DNA of 64,000 nt, from IMG/VR virus record IMGVR_UViG_3300021425_000008, positions 64,001 through 128,000 of that record; one strand, written 5' to 3'. Made by a program: the position numbers and the translations under genes. Origin of the DNA: a virus. The notes under the pieces are model-generated. The model worked only from the letters and a program-made list of their open reading frames with translations. It ran no database searches and was not told where the DNA came from. Shown here one piece after another: positions 27,201 through 36,231 of the stretch. Numbering within the stretch: position 1 is the first letter of the stretch; each line of letters begins with the position of its first letter.

Positions 27201-30200
27201 ATTATACTAAGGATATTGGTGTGATCGGAAATTCTAGAGTCTCTGATATTATTGATGCAAGACCAAGAGTCACCGAATATTCAATCTCCGAAGGGGCAAA
27301 CTCTCCATTCGAATTCAGTGGTAGAACTTTTGAAGATGGTCAAAATGGTAGAACACACAGTTCATCCCACATCTTGGCATCTGATGAATCTATGACTCTT
27401 GATTATTCCTATTTCTTAGGAAGAATCGATAGATTATACGTAGATACCACTGGTCGAATTGGTGTAGCTCAAGGTGCACCTGACGATAATCCAAAGGCAC
27501 CTGATCCAATTAGCAATTGTATGAATATTGCTACGGTGTATCTCCCAGCATATCTTTATAATACTTCTGACGCTCAAGTATCATTTATTGATCATAAGAG
27601 ATATCAGATGAGTGATATCGCTAAACTTGAGCAAAGAATTGCAAGTCTTGAATATTATACATCACTGAGTTTAATGGAGACTCAGACTCTCAACCTGTTT
27701 GTCAGTGATGCTAATGGACTTAATAGATTTAAGTCTGGAATATTTGTAGATAACTTCTCTACCCTTGCACCTCAAGATACAACAATTGGTATCAGAAATG
27801 CCATTGATAGAAAAAATGGTATCTTGAGACCAGCTCACTATACCACTGCACTAAATCTTCAACTTGCTACTAATGCAATCAGTGGTGTTGGAACAACCTC
27901 CAATACAAGTCAAGATGCTGAATTTGCAGATCCTGTAGGTGTTAACGTAAGAAGAACTGGTCAAATGGTAACACTTGACTATTCTGATGTTGAGTGGTTG
28001 AATCAACCATTTGCAACAAGAGTTGAGAACGTCACACCATACCTGGTTCAATTCTGGCAAGGAAACATTGAATTGATCCCAGATGTTGATGTCTGGATTG
28101 ACACCACTCTGTTGGAAGTCAATAGTGTCATGATGGAAGGTTCTTTCCAAGGTATTGTAGAAGCACTTGGTGCAGAAATCACTACAAATGCAGATGGTCA
28201 GAGTGTAGGTGTTACTCCAATTATTTGGAACTCCTGGGAAACGACTGGTGTCAACTTGGATATATCCTTGGATAACCAAGTCAATCAGAGTACATCAACA
28301 TCCCAGAACACAGTTTCTTCAAACGCTTCTACCAACTTTGGTGATGGTGGTAGTGCCAGTGTTGGTATTGATATTGCCCAAACAACCACAACGACAACTA
28401 CAACAAATAATATTACTGCAACATCATCAATCTCCCTTAATCAACAACAAACTGGTGTTCAACATACAATTACTGAGAATATTGATACTGAATCACTTGG
28501 TACTAACGTGATTAATACTGAGATCATCAACTTTATGAGATCTCGTAATATTAATTTTGATGGAAGATCATTCAAACCATTTACTAGACTATATTCATTC
28601 TTTGATTCTGTCGATGTTACAAAATTCTGTACTCCAAAACTAATTGAAATTGAAATGCAGCATGGTACGTTTACCATCGGAGAGACTGTAGTTGGTACAA
28701 TGAACAATGGTGGTTCAGTGGCAAATAATACTGATTCCATTCCAGAAATTACATTTAGAGTTGCCAATTCAAATCATAAGTTTGGTCCCTTCTCTGCACC
28801 TGAAGACATTTACATCACTAACCCATACAATCGTGACCTTACTATTCCTGCAAATTATTCGGAATCATCAACAATCCTCAATGTAGACCTCTTTAGTCTA
28901 CAGTCTCAGGATACACCAGAATTCTATGGCTGGATTGAAACTGACATGATCTTAACGGGTCAAACCAGTGGTGCTCAGGCAAGGGTTACAAATAGAAGAA
29001 TTACATCTGATAGAGTTGGTACTATTCAGGGTTCGTTCTGTGTTCCACCTACTGGCAATTCTGCAAATCCAACATTTGAAGCTGGAACATCTTCATTCAG
29101 ACTTACAAACAGTAGCACGAATAGCTCAATCGAAGGTGTAACAACCACCGCTGGTGACGCACTTTTCTATTCACAAGGTACTCTTCAAACTACTCAAGAG
29201 ACCACGTTGTCTCTTAAGAATGCATCAGTCGTCACACAAGACTTTGTTCAGTTCCAGACTATTAGAGACACTGCAACATCTAATACTATTCAAGTTATCT
29301 CTACAGATACGAATACTCAAATTACAGATGTTGACCTTGATATTGACGTTGAGGCTCCTGATCCCCCAGAACCAATCGTTATTGTTGAACCAGCACCAGC
29401 TCCACCTGCTGGTGGTGGAAATGGTGGTGGTGACCCACTGGCTCAAACATTCACAGTTGATGATAAGACAGGTATCTTTGTCACGAAGGTTGACTTCTAC
29501 TTTAGAACAAAGGGCGAAAGTGCTCCTGTAATATTCCACATCAGAGAAACAACACTTGGTACACCAAATGCTAGAGTTCTTCCTTTCTCTGAAGTATCAC
29601 TTGATCCAGACAAGATCAACCTCAGTGAAGACGGTACAGTAGCAACGACTTTCCAATTCCCATCACCAGTCTATCTTGAGGGAGAGACTGAATATGCGAT
29701 GGTCTTGATGTCTCACTCAACAGACTATACCGTCTATATTAGTAGACTTGGTGAAGCAGACATCACTACATTAGGTGGTGGTGAGTCTGATCAGGTTATT
29801 GTATCAGAACAGCCTCTCCTTGGTTCGTTGTTCAAGTCACAAAACGCTTCTGTTTGGACACCAAGTCAATATGAAGACCTTAAGTTCAAACTCTATAGAG
29901 CTAATTTCAAACAATCTGGTAGTGTTTCTTTCTTCAACCCAAGATTGCCAGATTCTCTTGGTGTAGTCGATACAAATGGACTTTCACTTGAGCCAAGACA
30001 AATTAGAGTCGGACTTGGTACAACTGTCAATGATGCCAGTGTACCTGAAAGACTAACACTTGGTAATACCGTCAAACAGTTAAGTATTGGAGCACAAGGT
30101 ACTCTTGTTGCTTTAGCTGGTTCTGCAACAGGTGATCTTTCACTTACAAACGTTGGTGCTGGATATACACCTTCATCTGGTGGATTTACTTACACTGGTG

Positions 30201-31921
30201 TTGCACTTACGGCAATTACGGGTAAGGGTATAAACGGTACTGCAGATATCACCATCCAAAATGGTGTTGCAATTGGTGCAACAATTAGAGCAGGAGGTAG
30301 TGGTTATGTTGTTGGTGATGTATTGACTCCAGTTAGTGTTGGTTCTCTTGATCTTGGATCTAATATTCAACTTTCAGTACAAGAAATTCTTGGAAACAAC
30401 ACTCTTGTTCTCGAAAATGTTCAGGGTAACTTCTCTACCAGTTCTGCATATCCATTGTATTATGAAAACAATGTTGGTTTCACTACAGAACTCAACGGTG
30501 TTGGTGGAAATGTCGTTCCTACATCACCAATTGCTATTACTCATCAGGGTGATTACATTAGAGTATTCAAGAGAAATCATGGTTTGTACTCTAATGTCAA
30601 CAGGGTCACTATTTCAGACACAAGAAGTGATGTAACTCCAAGTACTCTTGCACAGCAATATACGTTCGATACAACATCCTTCATTACTCTCGAAGGTGTA
30701 GCAACTAATTATGAAACATTTGAAAATCTTGGAGTTGGTGGCACCAATCCTGGATACGTGAAGATTGGTAATGAAATCATTAGTTACACAGGTACTTCTG
30801 GAAGAACACTCACTGGTATCACCAGAGGTGTTGATAATACTACGATCGCAACCCATGCAGCTGATGAATTGGTATACAAGTATGAGTTGAATGGTGTATC
30901 ACTTAGAAGAATTAATAGAGAACATCAACTGATTCAGGTAAATGCATCTGACCTTGAAGAAGCACCAATTGGACTTGATTACTACTATGTGAAAATTCAA
31001 ATGAATGCCAATGGTACCAACAGAGCACCATCAAACTCTGAAGGATTCCCCCCACTTTACTTCAACGAGAGAAAGGTTGCTGGTGGTCCTGATGTGAAGT
31101 CTACTTATAACTTACCGTTCCATTTGATTACCCCAAGAGTCACAAACATCACACCTCTTGGAACAACTTTGATCTCTCAGGCTAGAACAGTCAGTGCATC
31201 AAGTGTTTCTGGCAATCAAGAGAATATGATTGATCAGGGATATCAGAGAGTTAATCTGTTTAACGAGAATTATTTTGATTCTCTTAGAATGGTTTCATCT
31301 GCAAGAAATGAGGAACTCTTATTAGATTCTGATCTCTTCCCTGGAGACAGATCATTCTCTATGTTATTCAATCTTGTAACAACAGATACAAGATTAAGTC
31401 CAGCAATTGACCTTGATAATGCATCTGTCGTATTCACATCTAACAGAGTTAATCAACCTATCACCAACTACGCTGATGACTTTAGGGTGGCTACAACAAC
31501 AGATGATCCAAATAGATTCTTCTATGTTTCTAAGAACATTGTTTTAGAAAATCCTGCAACATCTCTTGAAGTCTTGTTGGATGGATACTGTACAACTAGA
31601 AATGACATTAGAGTCTTCTATTCTGTTGATCAAGATGCACCTGTTGATGAAACAGTCTTTATTCCTTTCCCTGGATATGCAAATCTTGGTTCGAATGGTC
31701 AAGTTCTTGATCGTGGTAATAGTAATGGAACTCCTGATGAGTTTGTTCCTAAGAGAGACTCTTACGAGACCAATCCGTCACCAAACCTCTTCAGAGAATA
31801 CCAGTACACTGTTGACGATTTAGTATCCTTTAGATCTTTCAGAATCAAGGTTATTGGTACTTCTACCGATCAGGCAGTTGCACCAATGATTAGAAACCTC
31901 AGAGCAATAGCATTAGCATAA
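24218..31921 (+). CDS. large virion structural protein, VrlC/DUF4815-like (2567 aa)
   Basis: NLNVAPYFDDFD, PVQARELTGLQSILQ, APGADRLKI, NRFKSGIFVDNF, DPLAQTF motifs. Confidence 0.85.
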   Translation: MPQETNLNVAPYFDDFDPQSNYYKVLFKPGFPVQARELTGLQSILQNQVEQMGNHFFKEGAKVIPGDLTYIKDYYGIQIEPEFLGIPVGIYLDQILNTTITGATSGVTAKVVKYITNEESERGVYTLYLNYENSATSDEEVSTFLSGEILLTSKIITYASTFISAGEGFATSIPSNAPIIGSSFNISDGVYFLRGHFVNVSAETLILDQYSNTPSYRVGLDVIEEIVSSDIDPNLADNAQGFNNFTAPGADRLKIGTYLAKKALDNFEDANFVQLSEVKDGILRLVNTNTDYNFIGDEFARRTFDESGHYYVRAFRTTVRNSLNDNEGNRGIFEEGQTTDYGQTPNDNLGIYKVSPGKAYVKGYEVETIAPTLIDFFKPRTKKTNKNQAVNFGFGPTLTLNRVYGSATIGINTDGSLSLRSERVGSDQLVAAGKEIGVARVYDFALESGSYDSSIPNINQWDLSLFDIQTYSDISVNEPVTLTTSTHIKGESSGATGFLKYNVSAGTALTAYGVNGNFHRGERLLFNGVLDDARFVTDDTNYSLSDVKSVHGIVGTANTFTGDLVQDSVRNFGSANVAAASGSQSKVSIPADAGFTFVGIVTVGNLVSYSRDSLDIQSFGRVVSVATTNFDIEAVQTVNGVCNGALPTSSETVQNLKLISTKVSGGPGSGNIASNEALYSTLPKLNISDVSLVGSDITIRRQYTTNISNNSTAAINAGDNEVFLPFDEERYTLIRSDGTTEILTEDKISLTNGSTTLTINGLGTNDSGSRLITTLRKTNLKSKVKTRSIAKDLVISKSKDSASGIGSTTLNDGLVYGDYPYGTRVQDEVISLNIPDVYKIYGIFESEDNSDPVAPNMTLGQLDGETSTTNDLIIGETLIGQTSGAKGILLSKIDDTQVVFTYLNSTSFSNNEVIKFKTSNVNGVSSGVKAGSKEITADFKFDNGQRQSIYDYSRILRKSEVPVPARKIRVYFASAGYQDSDDGDITTINSYEGFDYTKDIGVIGNSRVSDIIDARPRVTEYSISEGANSPFEFSGRTFEDGQNGRTHSSSHILASDESMTLDYSYFLGRIDRLYVDTTGRIGVAQGAPDDNPKAPDPISNCMNIATVYLPAYLYNTSDAQVSFIDHKRYQMSDIAKLEQRIASLEYYTSLSLMETQTLNLFVSDANGLNRFKSGIFVDNFSTLAPQDTTIGIRNAIDRKNGILRPAHYTTALNLQLATNAISGVGTTSNTSQDAEFADPVGVNVRRTGQMVTLDYSDVEWLNQPFATRVENVTPYLVQFWQGNIELIPDVDVWIDTTLLEVNSVMMEGSFQGIVEALGAEITTNADGQSVGVTPIIWNSWETTGVNLDISLDNQVNQSTSTSQNTVSSNASTNFGDGGSASVGIDIAQTTTTTTTTNNITATSSISLNQQQTGVQHTITENIDTESLGTNVINTEIINFMRSRNINFDGRSFKPFTRLYSFFDSVDVTKFCTPKLIEIEMQHGTFTIGETVVGTMNNGGSVANNTDSIPEITFRVANSNHKFGPFSAPEDIYITNPYNRDLTIPANYSESSTILNVDLFSLQSQDTPEFYGWIETDMILTGQTSGAQARVTNRRITSDRVGTIQGSFCVPPTGNSANPTFEAGTSSFRLTNSSTNSSIEGVTTTAGDALFYSQGTLQTTQETTLSLKNASVVTQDFVQFQTIRDTATSNTIQVISTDTNTQITDVDLDIDVEAPDPPEPIVIVEPAPAPPAGGGNGGGDPLAQTFTVDDKTGIFVTKVDFYFRTKGESAPVIFHIRETTLGTPNARVLPFSEVSLDPDKINLSEDGTVATTFQFPSPVYLEGETEYAMVLMSHSTDYTVYISRLGEADITTLGGGESDQVIVSEQPLLGSLFKSQNASVWTPSQYEDLKFKLYRANFKQSGSVSFFNPRLPDSLGVVDTNGLSLEPRQIRVGLGTTVNDASVPERLTLGNTVKQLSIGAQGTLVALAGSATGDLSLTNVGAGYTPSSGGFTYTGVALTAITGKGINGTADITIQNGVAIGATIRAGGSGYVVGDVLTPVSVGSLDLGSNIQLSVQEILGNNTLVLENVQGNFSTSSAYPLYYENNVGFTTELNGVGGNVVPTSPIAITHQGDYIRVFKRNHGLYSNVNRVTISDTRSDVTPSTLAQQYTFDTTSFITLEGVATNYETFENLGVGGTNPGYVKIGNEIISYTGTSGRTLTGITRGVDNTTIATHAADELVYKYELNGVSLRRINREHQLIQVNASDLEEAPIGLDYYYVKIQMNANGTNRAPSNSEGFPPLYFNERKVAGGPDVKSTYNLPFHLITPRVTNITPLGTTLISQARTVSASSVSGNQENMIDQGYQRVNLFNENYFDSLRMVSSARNEELLLDSDLFPGDRSFSMLFNLVTTDTRLSPAIDLDNASVVFTSNRVNQPITNYADDFRVATTTDDPNRFFYVSKNIVLENPATSLEVLLDGYCTTRNDIRVFYSVDQDAPVDETVFIPFPGYANLGSNGQVLDRGNSNGTPDEFVPKRDSYETNPSPNLFREYQYTVDDLVSFRSFRIKVIGTSTDQAVAPMIRNLRAIALA

Positions 31922-32154
31922 TGACAAATTTGATTCCAGTTGAAGGTATGGACGGGTATTATAGGGATGCCCGTTCTGGTGCCGTTGTCAATAAAAATAA
32001 AAATGACTTTGAGTCGTATGTGAAACGTCGTGAAGCATTAACCAATCAACAACAAAGTTTCTTTGATTTACAAGACGAAGTTGAAAACTTGAAAACTGAT
32101 GTGAATGATATCAAGAATATGCTTCATACTATCACGGATTTATTAAATAAATAG
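31921..32154 (+). CDS. small coiled-coil hypothetical protein
   Basis: ORF track; coupled to the upstream stop. Confidence 0.8.
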   Translation: MTNLIPVEGMDGYYRDARSGAVVNKNKNDFESYVKRREALTNQQQSFFDLQDEVENLKTDVNDIKNMLHTITDLLNK

Positions 32155-32178
32155 ACATATAGATAGGTCTAATTATAG

Positions 32179-33042
32179 ATGGCACAGCCAAGTACTAGAC
32201 AAGAACTTATTGATTATTGTTTGAGACAGTTGGGTGCTCCTGTATTGGAGATCAACGTTGCAGATGAACAAATCGAAGATCTTGTAGATGATGCCATCCA
32301 GTATTTCCAAGAGAGACACTTTGATGGTGTAGGACAAACATATCTCAAGTATCAAATCACTCAGGCTGATGTTGATAGAGGAAAGGCAAGACCTCCAGGT
32401 GCACCTTCTGCAGGTTCATCGGTTGGTATTGCTTCGACATCAGCAAGTACTAATATCGTAGGAACTGCAACAACATACACATACTACGAAAATAGTAACT
32501 TTCTTCAGATCCCACCTAACGTTATCGGGATCAACAAAGTATTTCAATACGATGATGCTCAATCAATTAGCTCATCGAACATGTTCAGTTTCAAGTATCA
32601 ACTGTTCCTGAACGATATCTACTACTGGGGTAACACAGATTTGTTAAGTTACTCAATGGCTATGTCGTATTTGGAAACGATGAACTTCCTTCTGAATACA
32701 CATAAACAGATCAGATTCAATCAAAGAAAAGATAGGATGTATCTTGATGTTGATTGGAGTAACCTGAGAGTCGGTGAGTTTATTATTATCGATTGTTGGA
32801 GAACTGCTGATCCTAATGACTATCCAAGAGTTTACAATGATTCTTTCTTGAAACCATATCTAACATCACTTATCAAGAGACAGTGGGGTCAGAACCTGAT
32901 TAAATTCCAAGGAGTCAAATTGCCTGGTGGTATTGAGTTCAATGGAAGACAATTATATGACGATGCACAAGCAGAACTCGATCGTATTCAGGAGAGAATG
33001 TTGAGCACATATGAGTTACCACCTCTTGACATGATAGGGTGA
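32179..33042 (+). CDS. gp13: neck protein gp13
   Basis: ELIDYCLRQLGAPVLEINV, KRQWGQNLIKF, LPGG. Confidence 0.95.
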   Translation: MAQPSTRQELIDYCLRQLGAPVLEINVADEQIEDLVDDAIQYFQERHFDGVGQTYLKYQITQADVDRGKARPPGAPSAGSSVGIASTSASTNIVGTATTYTYYENSNFLQIPPNVIGINKVFQYDDAQSISSSNMFSFKYQLFLNDIYYWGNTDLLSYSMAMSYLETMNFLLNTHKQIRFNQRKDRMYLDVDWSNLRVGEFIIIDCWRTADPNDYPRVYNDSFLKPYLTSLIKRQWGQNLIKFQGVKLPGGIEFNGRQLYDDAQAELDRIQERMLSTYELPPLDMIG

Positions 33043-33048
33043 TGACAT

Positions 33049-34521
33049 ATGTTAAATCCCTTTTTTCTAAACGGTACTAGATCCGAACAAAACCTAATCC
33101 AGAGTCTTGTCAACGAACAGTTGCAGATGTATGGTGTGGAAGTATATTATCTTCCAAGAACTTATGCTACAACCAATTCAATTATAAAGGAAGTAATTGA
33201 ATCTGAGTTTAAGAATGCATATCCATTAGAAGCATATATCGATAATTACGAAGGATATACTGGACAAGGAACAATCTTATCAAAATTTGGTATTGAAAAT
33301 AGAGATGATCTTCAGTTGATCATTTCGAAAGAAAGATTTGAAAACTATATTGCACCACTGACTGAAGGTCTTTCCAACATGGAACTGACTGACAGACCTA
33401 AAGAGGGTGACCTTATTTACTTCCCACTAGGAGATAGACTTTTTGAGATTAAGTTTGTTGAACACGAACAACCATTCTATCAACTTAAGAAGACATATAT
33501 CTATGAGTTGAGATGTGAACTCTTTAGATATGAAGACGAAGTTATCGATACTGGTGTTGATACAATCGACGACGAGATTGCACAAATTGGTTATATTCAA
33601 ACTTTGAATTTGATTGGTGTTGGATCTACTGCAATAGCAGAAGTGGACTGGTGTGCTACAGGTGCAGTCAATGAAATCACAATTCAAAACATGGGTAAGG
33701 GATTTACTGCCCAACCCGTAGTCGGTTTCTCTTCAGCACCTCCAGGTGGAGTTACTGCAACAGGTATTGCCTCCGTCTCTTATGCATATCCTGCGTGTGA
33801 TGGTAAGTCTGGAAGAGTATCTGCAATTCACATCACAAATGCTGGTTGTGGATATACTGTCCCACCAGCAATCACGGTGAATGGTGGTGGTGGATCTGGA
33901 TTTGCTGCAACCACTGGTATCTCTACTGCTGGTTCTATTCAGGCTATCAGAGTTACAAATGGTGGTTCTGGTTACTACAAAGCTCCAACTGTTTCTATTG
34001 GTAATAGTTCTGGTACGTATCCTATCTTCGATTCTTCGATAGTCTATAGCTTTGATGCTAACACGTTTACGTTCGACTCAGCATTCCCACGTCCAACAAG
34101 AGATGCAGTCGGTCTTGCAACTATTTCTGCTTCTGGTATTGTTACTGCGGTATATGTTATCGAAGGTGGTGAAGGATATGACCATCCACCACAAGTCACA
34201 CTTTCTGGTCCTGCAGTCAATAATGTTGTTTCTGTTGGTGGGACGTTTATATTCAATGAGGTTGTCACTGGATCTATTTCAAGCACCACTGCAAGAGTCA
34301 AGGAATGGGATGGTGTCAACGATATCATGGAGGTAAGTATTGTAGATGGTTACTTCCAGGTTGGTGAGGTATTGACTGGTCAAGATTCTGGTGCTAAGTA
34401 CGTCATTGGTGGAACAAATGATGATGATCTTGTCGATCCATATGCAGACAATGACAATATTGAAATCGAGGCTGACACTATCATTGACTTCTCACAAAGT
34501 AATCCATTTGGAATGCCTTGA
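33049..34521 (+). CDS. gp14: neck protein gp14 with a beta-rich insertion
   Basis: MYGVEVYYLPR, RPKEGDLIYFP, LFEIKFVEHE, C-terminal DFSQSNPFG. Confidence 0.92.
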   Translation: MLNPFFLNGTRSEQNLIQSLVNEQLQMYGVEVYYLPRTYATTNSIIKEVIESEFKNAYPLEAYIDNYEGYTGQGTILSKFGIENRDDLQLIISKERFENYIAPLTEGLSNMELTDRPKEGDLIYFPLGDRLFEIKFVEHEQPFYQLKKTYIYELRCELFRYEDEVIDTGVDTIDDEIAQIGYIQTLNLIGVGSTAIAEVDWCATGAVNEITIQNMGKGFTAQPVVGFSSAPPGGVTATGIASVSYAYPACDGKSGRVSAIHITNAGCGYTVPPAITVNGGGGSGFAATTGISTAGSIQAIRVTNGGSGYYKAPTVSIGNSSGTYPIFDSSIVYSFDANTFTFDSAFPRPTRDAVGLATISASGIVTAVYVIEGGEGYDHPPQVTLSGPAVNNVVSVGGTFIFNEVVTGSISSTTARVKEWDGVNDIMEVSIVDGYFQVGEVLTGQDSGAKYVIGGTNDDDLVDPYADNDNIEIEADTIIDFSQSNPFGMP

Positions 34522-34559
34522 TACAAATCTGTTAAATAGAGGTATATACCTGTAAAATA

Positions 34560-35561
34560 ATGTTTGAGTATTTTTACAACGAGATCTTTAGATCTGTTAT
34601 CATTGGTTTTGGATCAATGTTTAACGGTATACAGATCAAACACAAAGATGACTCTGATGATACCACAAGTATTATAAAGGTTCCTCTTGCATATGGTCCT
34701 ACTCAGAAGTTTCTTGCAAGGTTGAATCAGAACCCTGATCTGAATCATCCGACACAGATGACACTTCCAAGAATGTCATTTGAGTTTACCAATCTTGCTT
34801 ACGATCCTTCACGTAAGACTACTCAAACACAACAGATGGTTGTCAAATCCTTGGATGGAACTGAGGAAAGAAAGACCTATCTACCTGTTCCATATAATAT
34901 GACGATTGTCCTTTCAGTTTACACAAAACTGAATGATGACATGTTGCAGATCGTAGAACAAATCGTTCCATATTTTCAACCAGGTTACACTCTCCCGATT
35001 AAATTCCTTGGTAATTTTAATGAGGTAAGAAATGTCCCTGTTGTCTTAGACAACATTGATATGTCAGATGAATATGAGGGGAACTTCGATACAAGAAGAG
35101 CTCTTCTGTATACATTCACATTCACCGTCAAGACCATGGTCTTCGGTCCTCTCAGAGACGTTTCCAGCGATATCATCAAAAAGGTTTCTATCGGATACGT
35201 TACTGGCAATAAGGGTGGTAATCAGTACGAGAGAGATATTACATATCAGGTCACACCAAGAGCGCTCAAAGAATATGATGGTGTAGTTGCAACACTTCTC
35301 GCAGAAAACGTTGATATGAGTGAGACTGTGATTGATGTTGAGAATGGTTCAGCAATCTCTGAAGGATCTTACATCTATGTGGATCAGGAGGAGATGTATG
35401 TAGAGACGGTTTCAGACAATAAGATTCTCGTCAGGAGAGCTCAAGATAGGACACCTCTTCAGAATCATGTCAGTGGAACAAAGGTCTTTAATATTAACGC
35501 TGCCGATAATGCCATGATTGAACTCGGAGATGACTTCGGGTTTGATGGTACTATTTTGTGA
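34560..35561 (+). CDS. gp15: tail sheath stabilizer / terminator gp15
   Basis: VPLAYGPTQKFLARL, LPRMSFE, QIVEQIVPYFQP. Confidence 0.93.
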   Translation: MFEYFYNEIFRSVIIGFGSMFNGIQIKHKDDSDDTTSIIKVPLAYGPTQKFLARLNQNPDLNHPTQMTLPRMSFEFTNLAYDPSRKTTQTQQMVVKSLDGTEERKTYLPVPYNMTIVLSVYTKLNDDMLQIVEQIVPYFQPGYTLPIKFLGNFNEVRNVPVVLDNIDMSDEYEGNFDTRRALLYTFTFTVKTMVFGPLRDVSSDIIKKVSIGYVTGNKGGNQYERDITYQVTPRALKEYDGVVATLLAENVDMSETVIDVENGSAISEGSYIYVDQEEMYVETVSDNKILVRRAQDRTPLQNHVSGTKVFNINAADNAMIELGDDFGFDGTIL

Positions 35562-35568
35562 GGTGAGT

Positions 35569-35994
35569 ATGGATAAGTATGAAAAGCTTAATGAAACTTT
35601 TGATGTTGAACCCATCGAAGTAAAGAAGGAAGTTAAAAGTGTCGAAAAACAAATCCAAAAATTTGAAAACTCCAACGAAGATATCCGTAAAGACTACGAA
35701 TATACCAGGGGTAATTTATATTCGATCATTGAAAAAGGTCAAGAAGCAATCAATGGCATCTTAGAACTTGCTCAAGAGAGTGAGATGCCTCGTGCATATG
35801 AAGTTGCTGGACAGTTAATTAAAAACGTATCAGACGCAACTGATAAATTGATGGATTTGCAGAAAAAACTTAAAGATGTAAATGAGGAAAAGGATAAAGG
35901 ACCTACCTCGGTAACTAATAATGCACTTTTTGTAGGCAGTACCGCAGATTTGCAAAAAATGTTGAAAAACGTCAACAAAGATCTAAATAGTTAA
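35569..35994 (+). CDS. gp16: terminase small subunit gp16
   Basis: DYEYTRGNLY, PRAYEVAGQLIK, NNALFVGSTADLQKML; GAGGTGA upstream of ATG 35569. Confidence 0.92.
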   Translation: MDKYEKLNETFDVEPIEVKKEVKSVEKQIQKFENSNEDIRKDYEYTRGNLYSIIEKGQEAINGILELAQESEMPRAYEVAGQLIKNVSDATDKLMDLQKKLKDVNEEKDKGPTSVTNNALFVGSTADLQKMLKNVNKDLNS

Positions 35995-36005
35995 AAAGAT
36001 AGGAG

Positions 36006-36203
36006 ATGGCCGCTACTCCTGTTGTCAACATAGTTATTGCTCAAGGTACAGACTTCAGTGAAAGTTTTACTTCTACTGAATCTGATGGAAGTGCTTCTAA
36101 ATTGATCTTTAACACAACCGAGAACAAAGTACAGATGTATCTTGGTTCTGAGTGGAAATCATTGGCATTCGAACTGGATACATACACAGCAGTCGGTCTC
36201 TGA
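36006..36203 (+). CDS. small hypothetical protein, possibly a deletion-fusion remnant
   Basis: AGGAG SD; CTAAATA late-type box upstream. Confidence 0.7.
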   Translation: MAATPVVNIVIAQGTDFSESFTSTESDGSASKLIFNTTENKVQMYLGSEWKSLAFELDTYTAVGL

Positions 36204-36231
36204 TAAATAATATTAAATACTCCTCAGTTGA

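Noticed and set aside
9816-31921. Diversity-generating retroelement acting on the large structural genes
   Set aside because: No reverse transcriptase, and no adenine-variant template/variable repeat pair noticed by eye; a self-alignment would be needed to exclude it fully.
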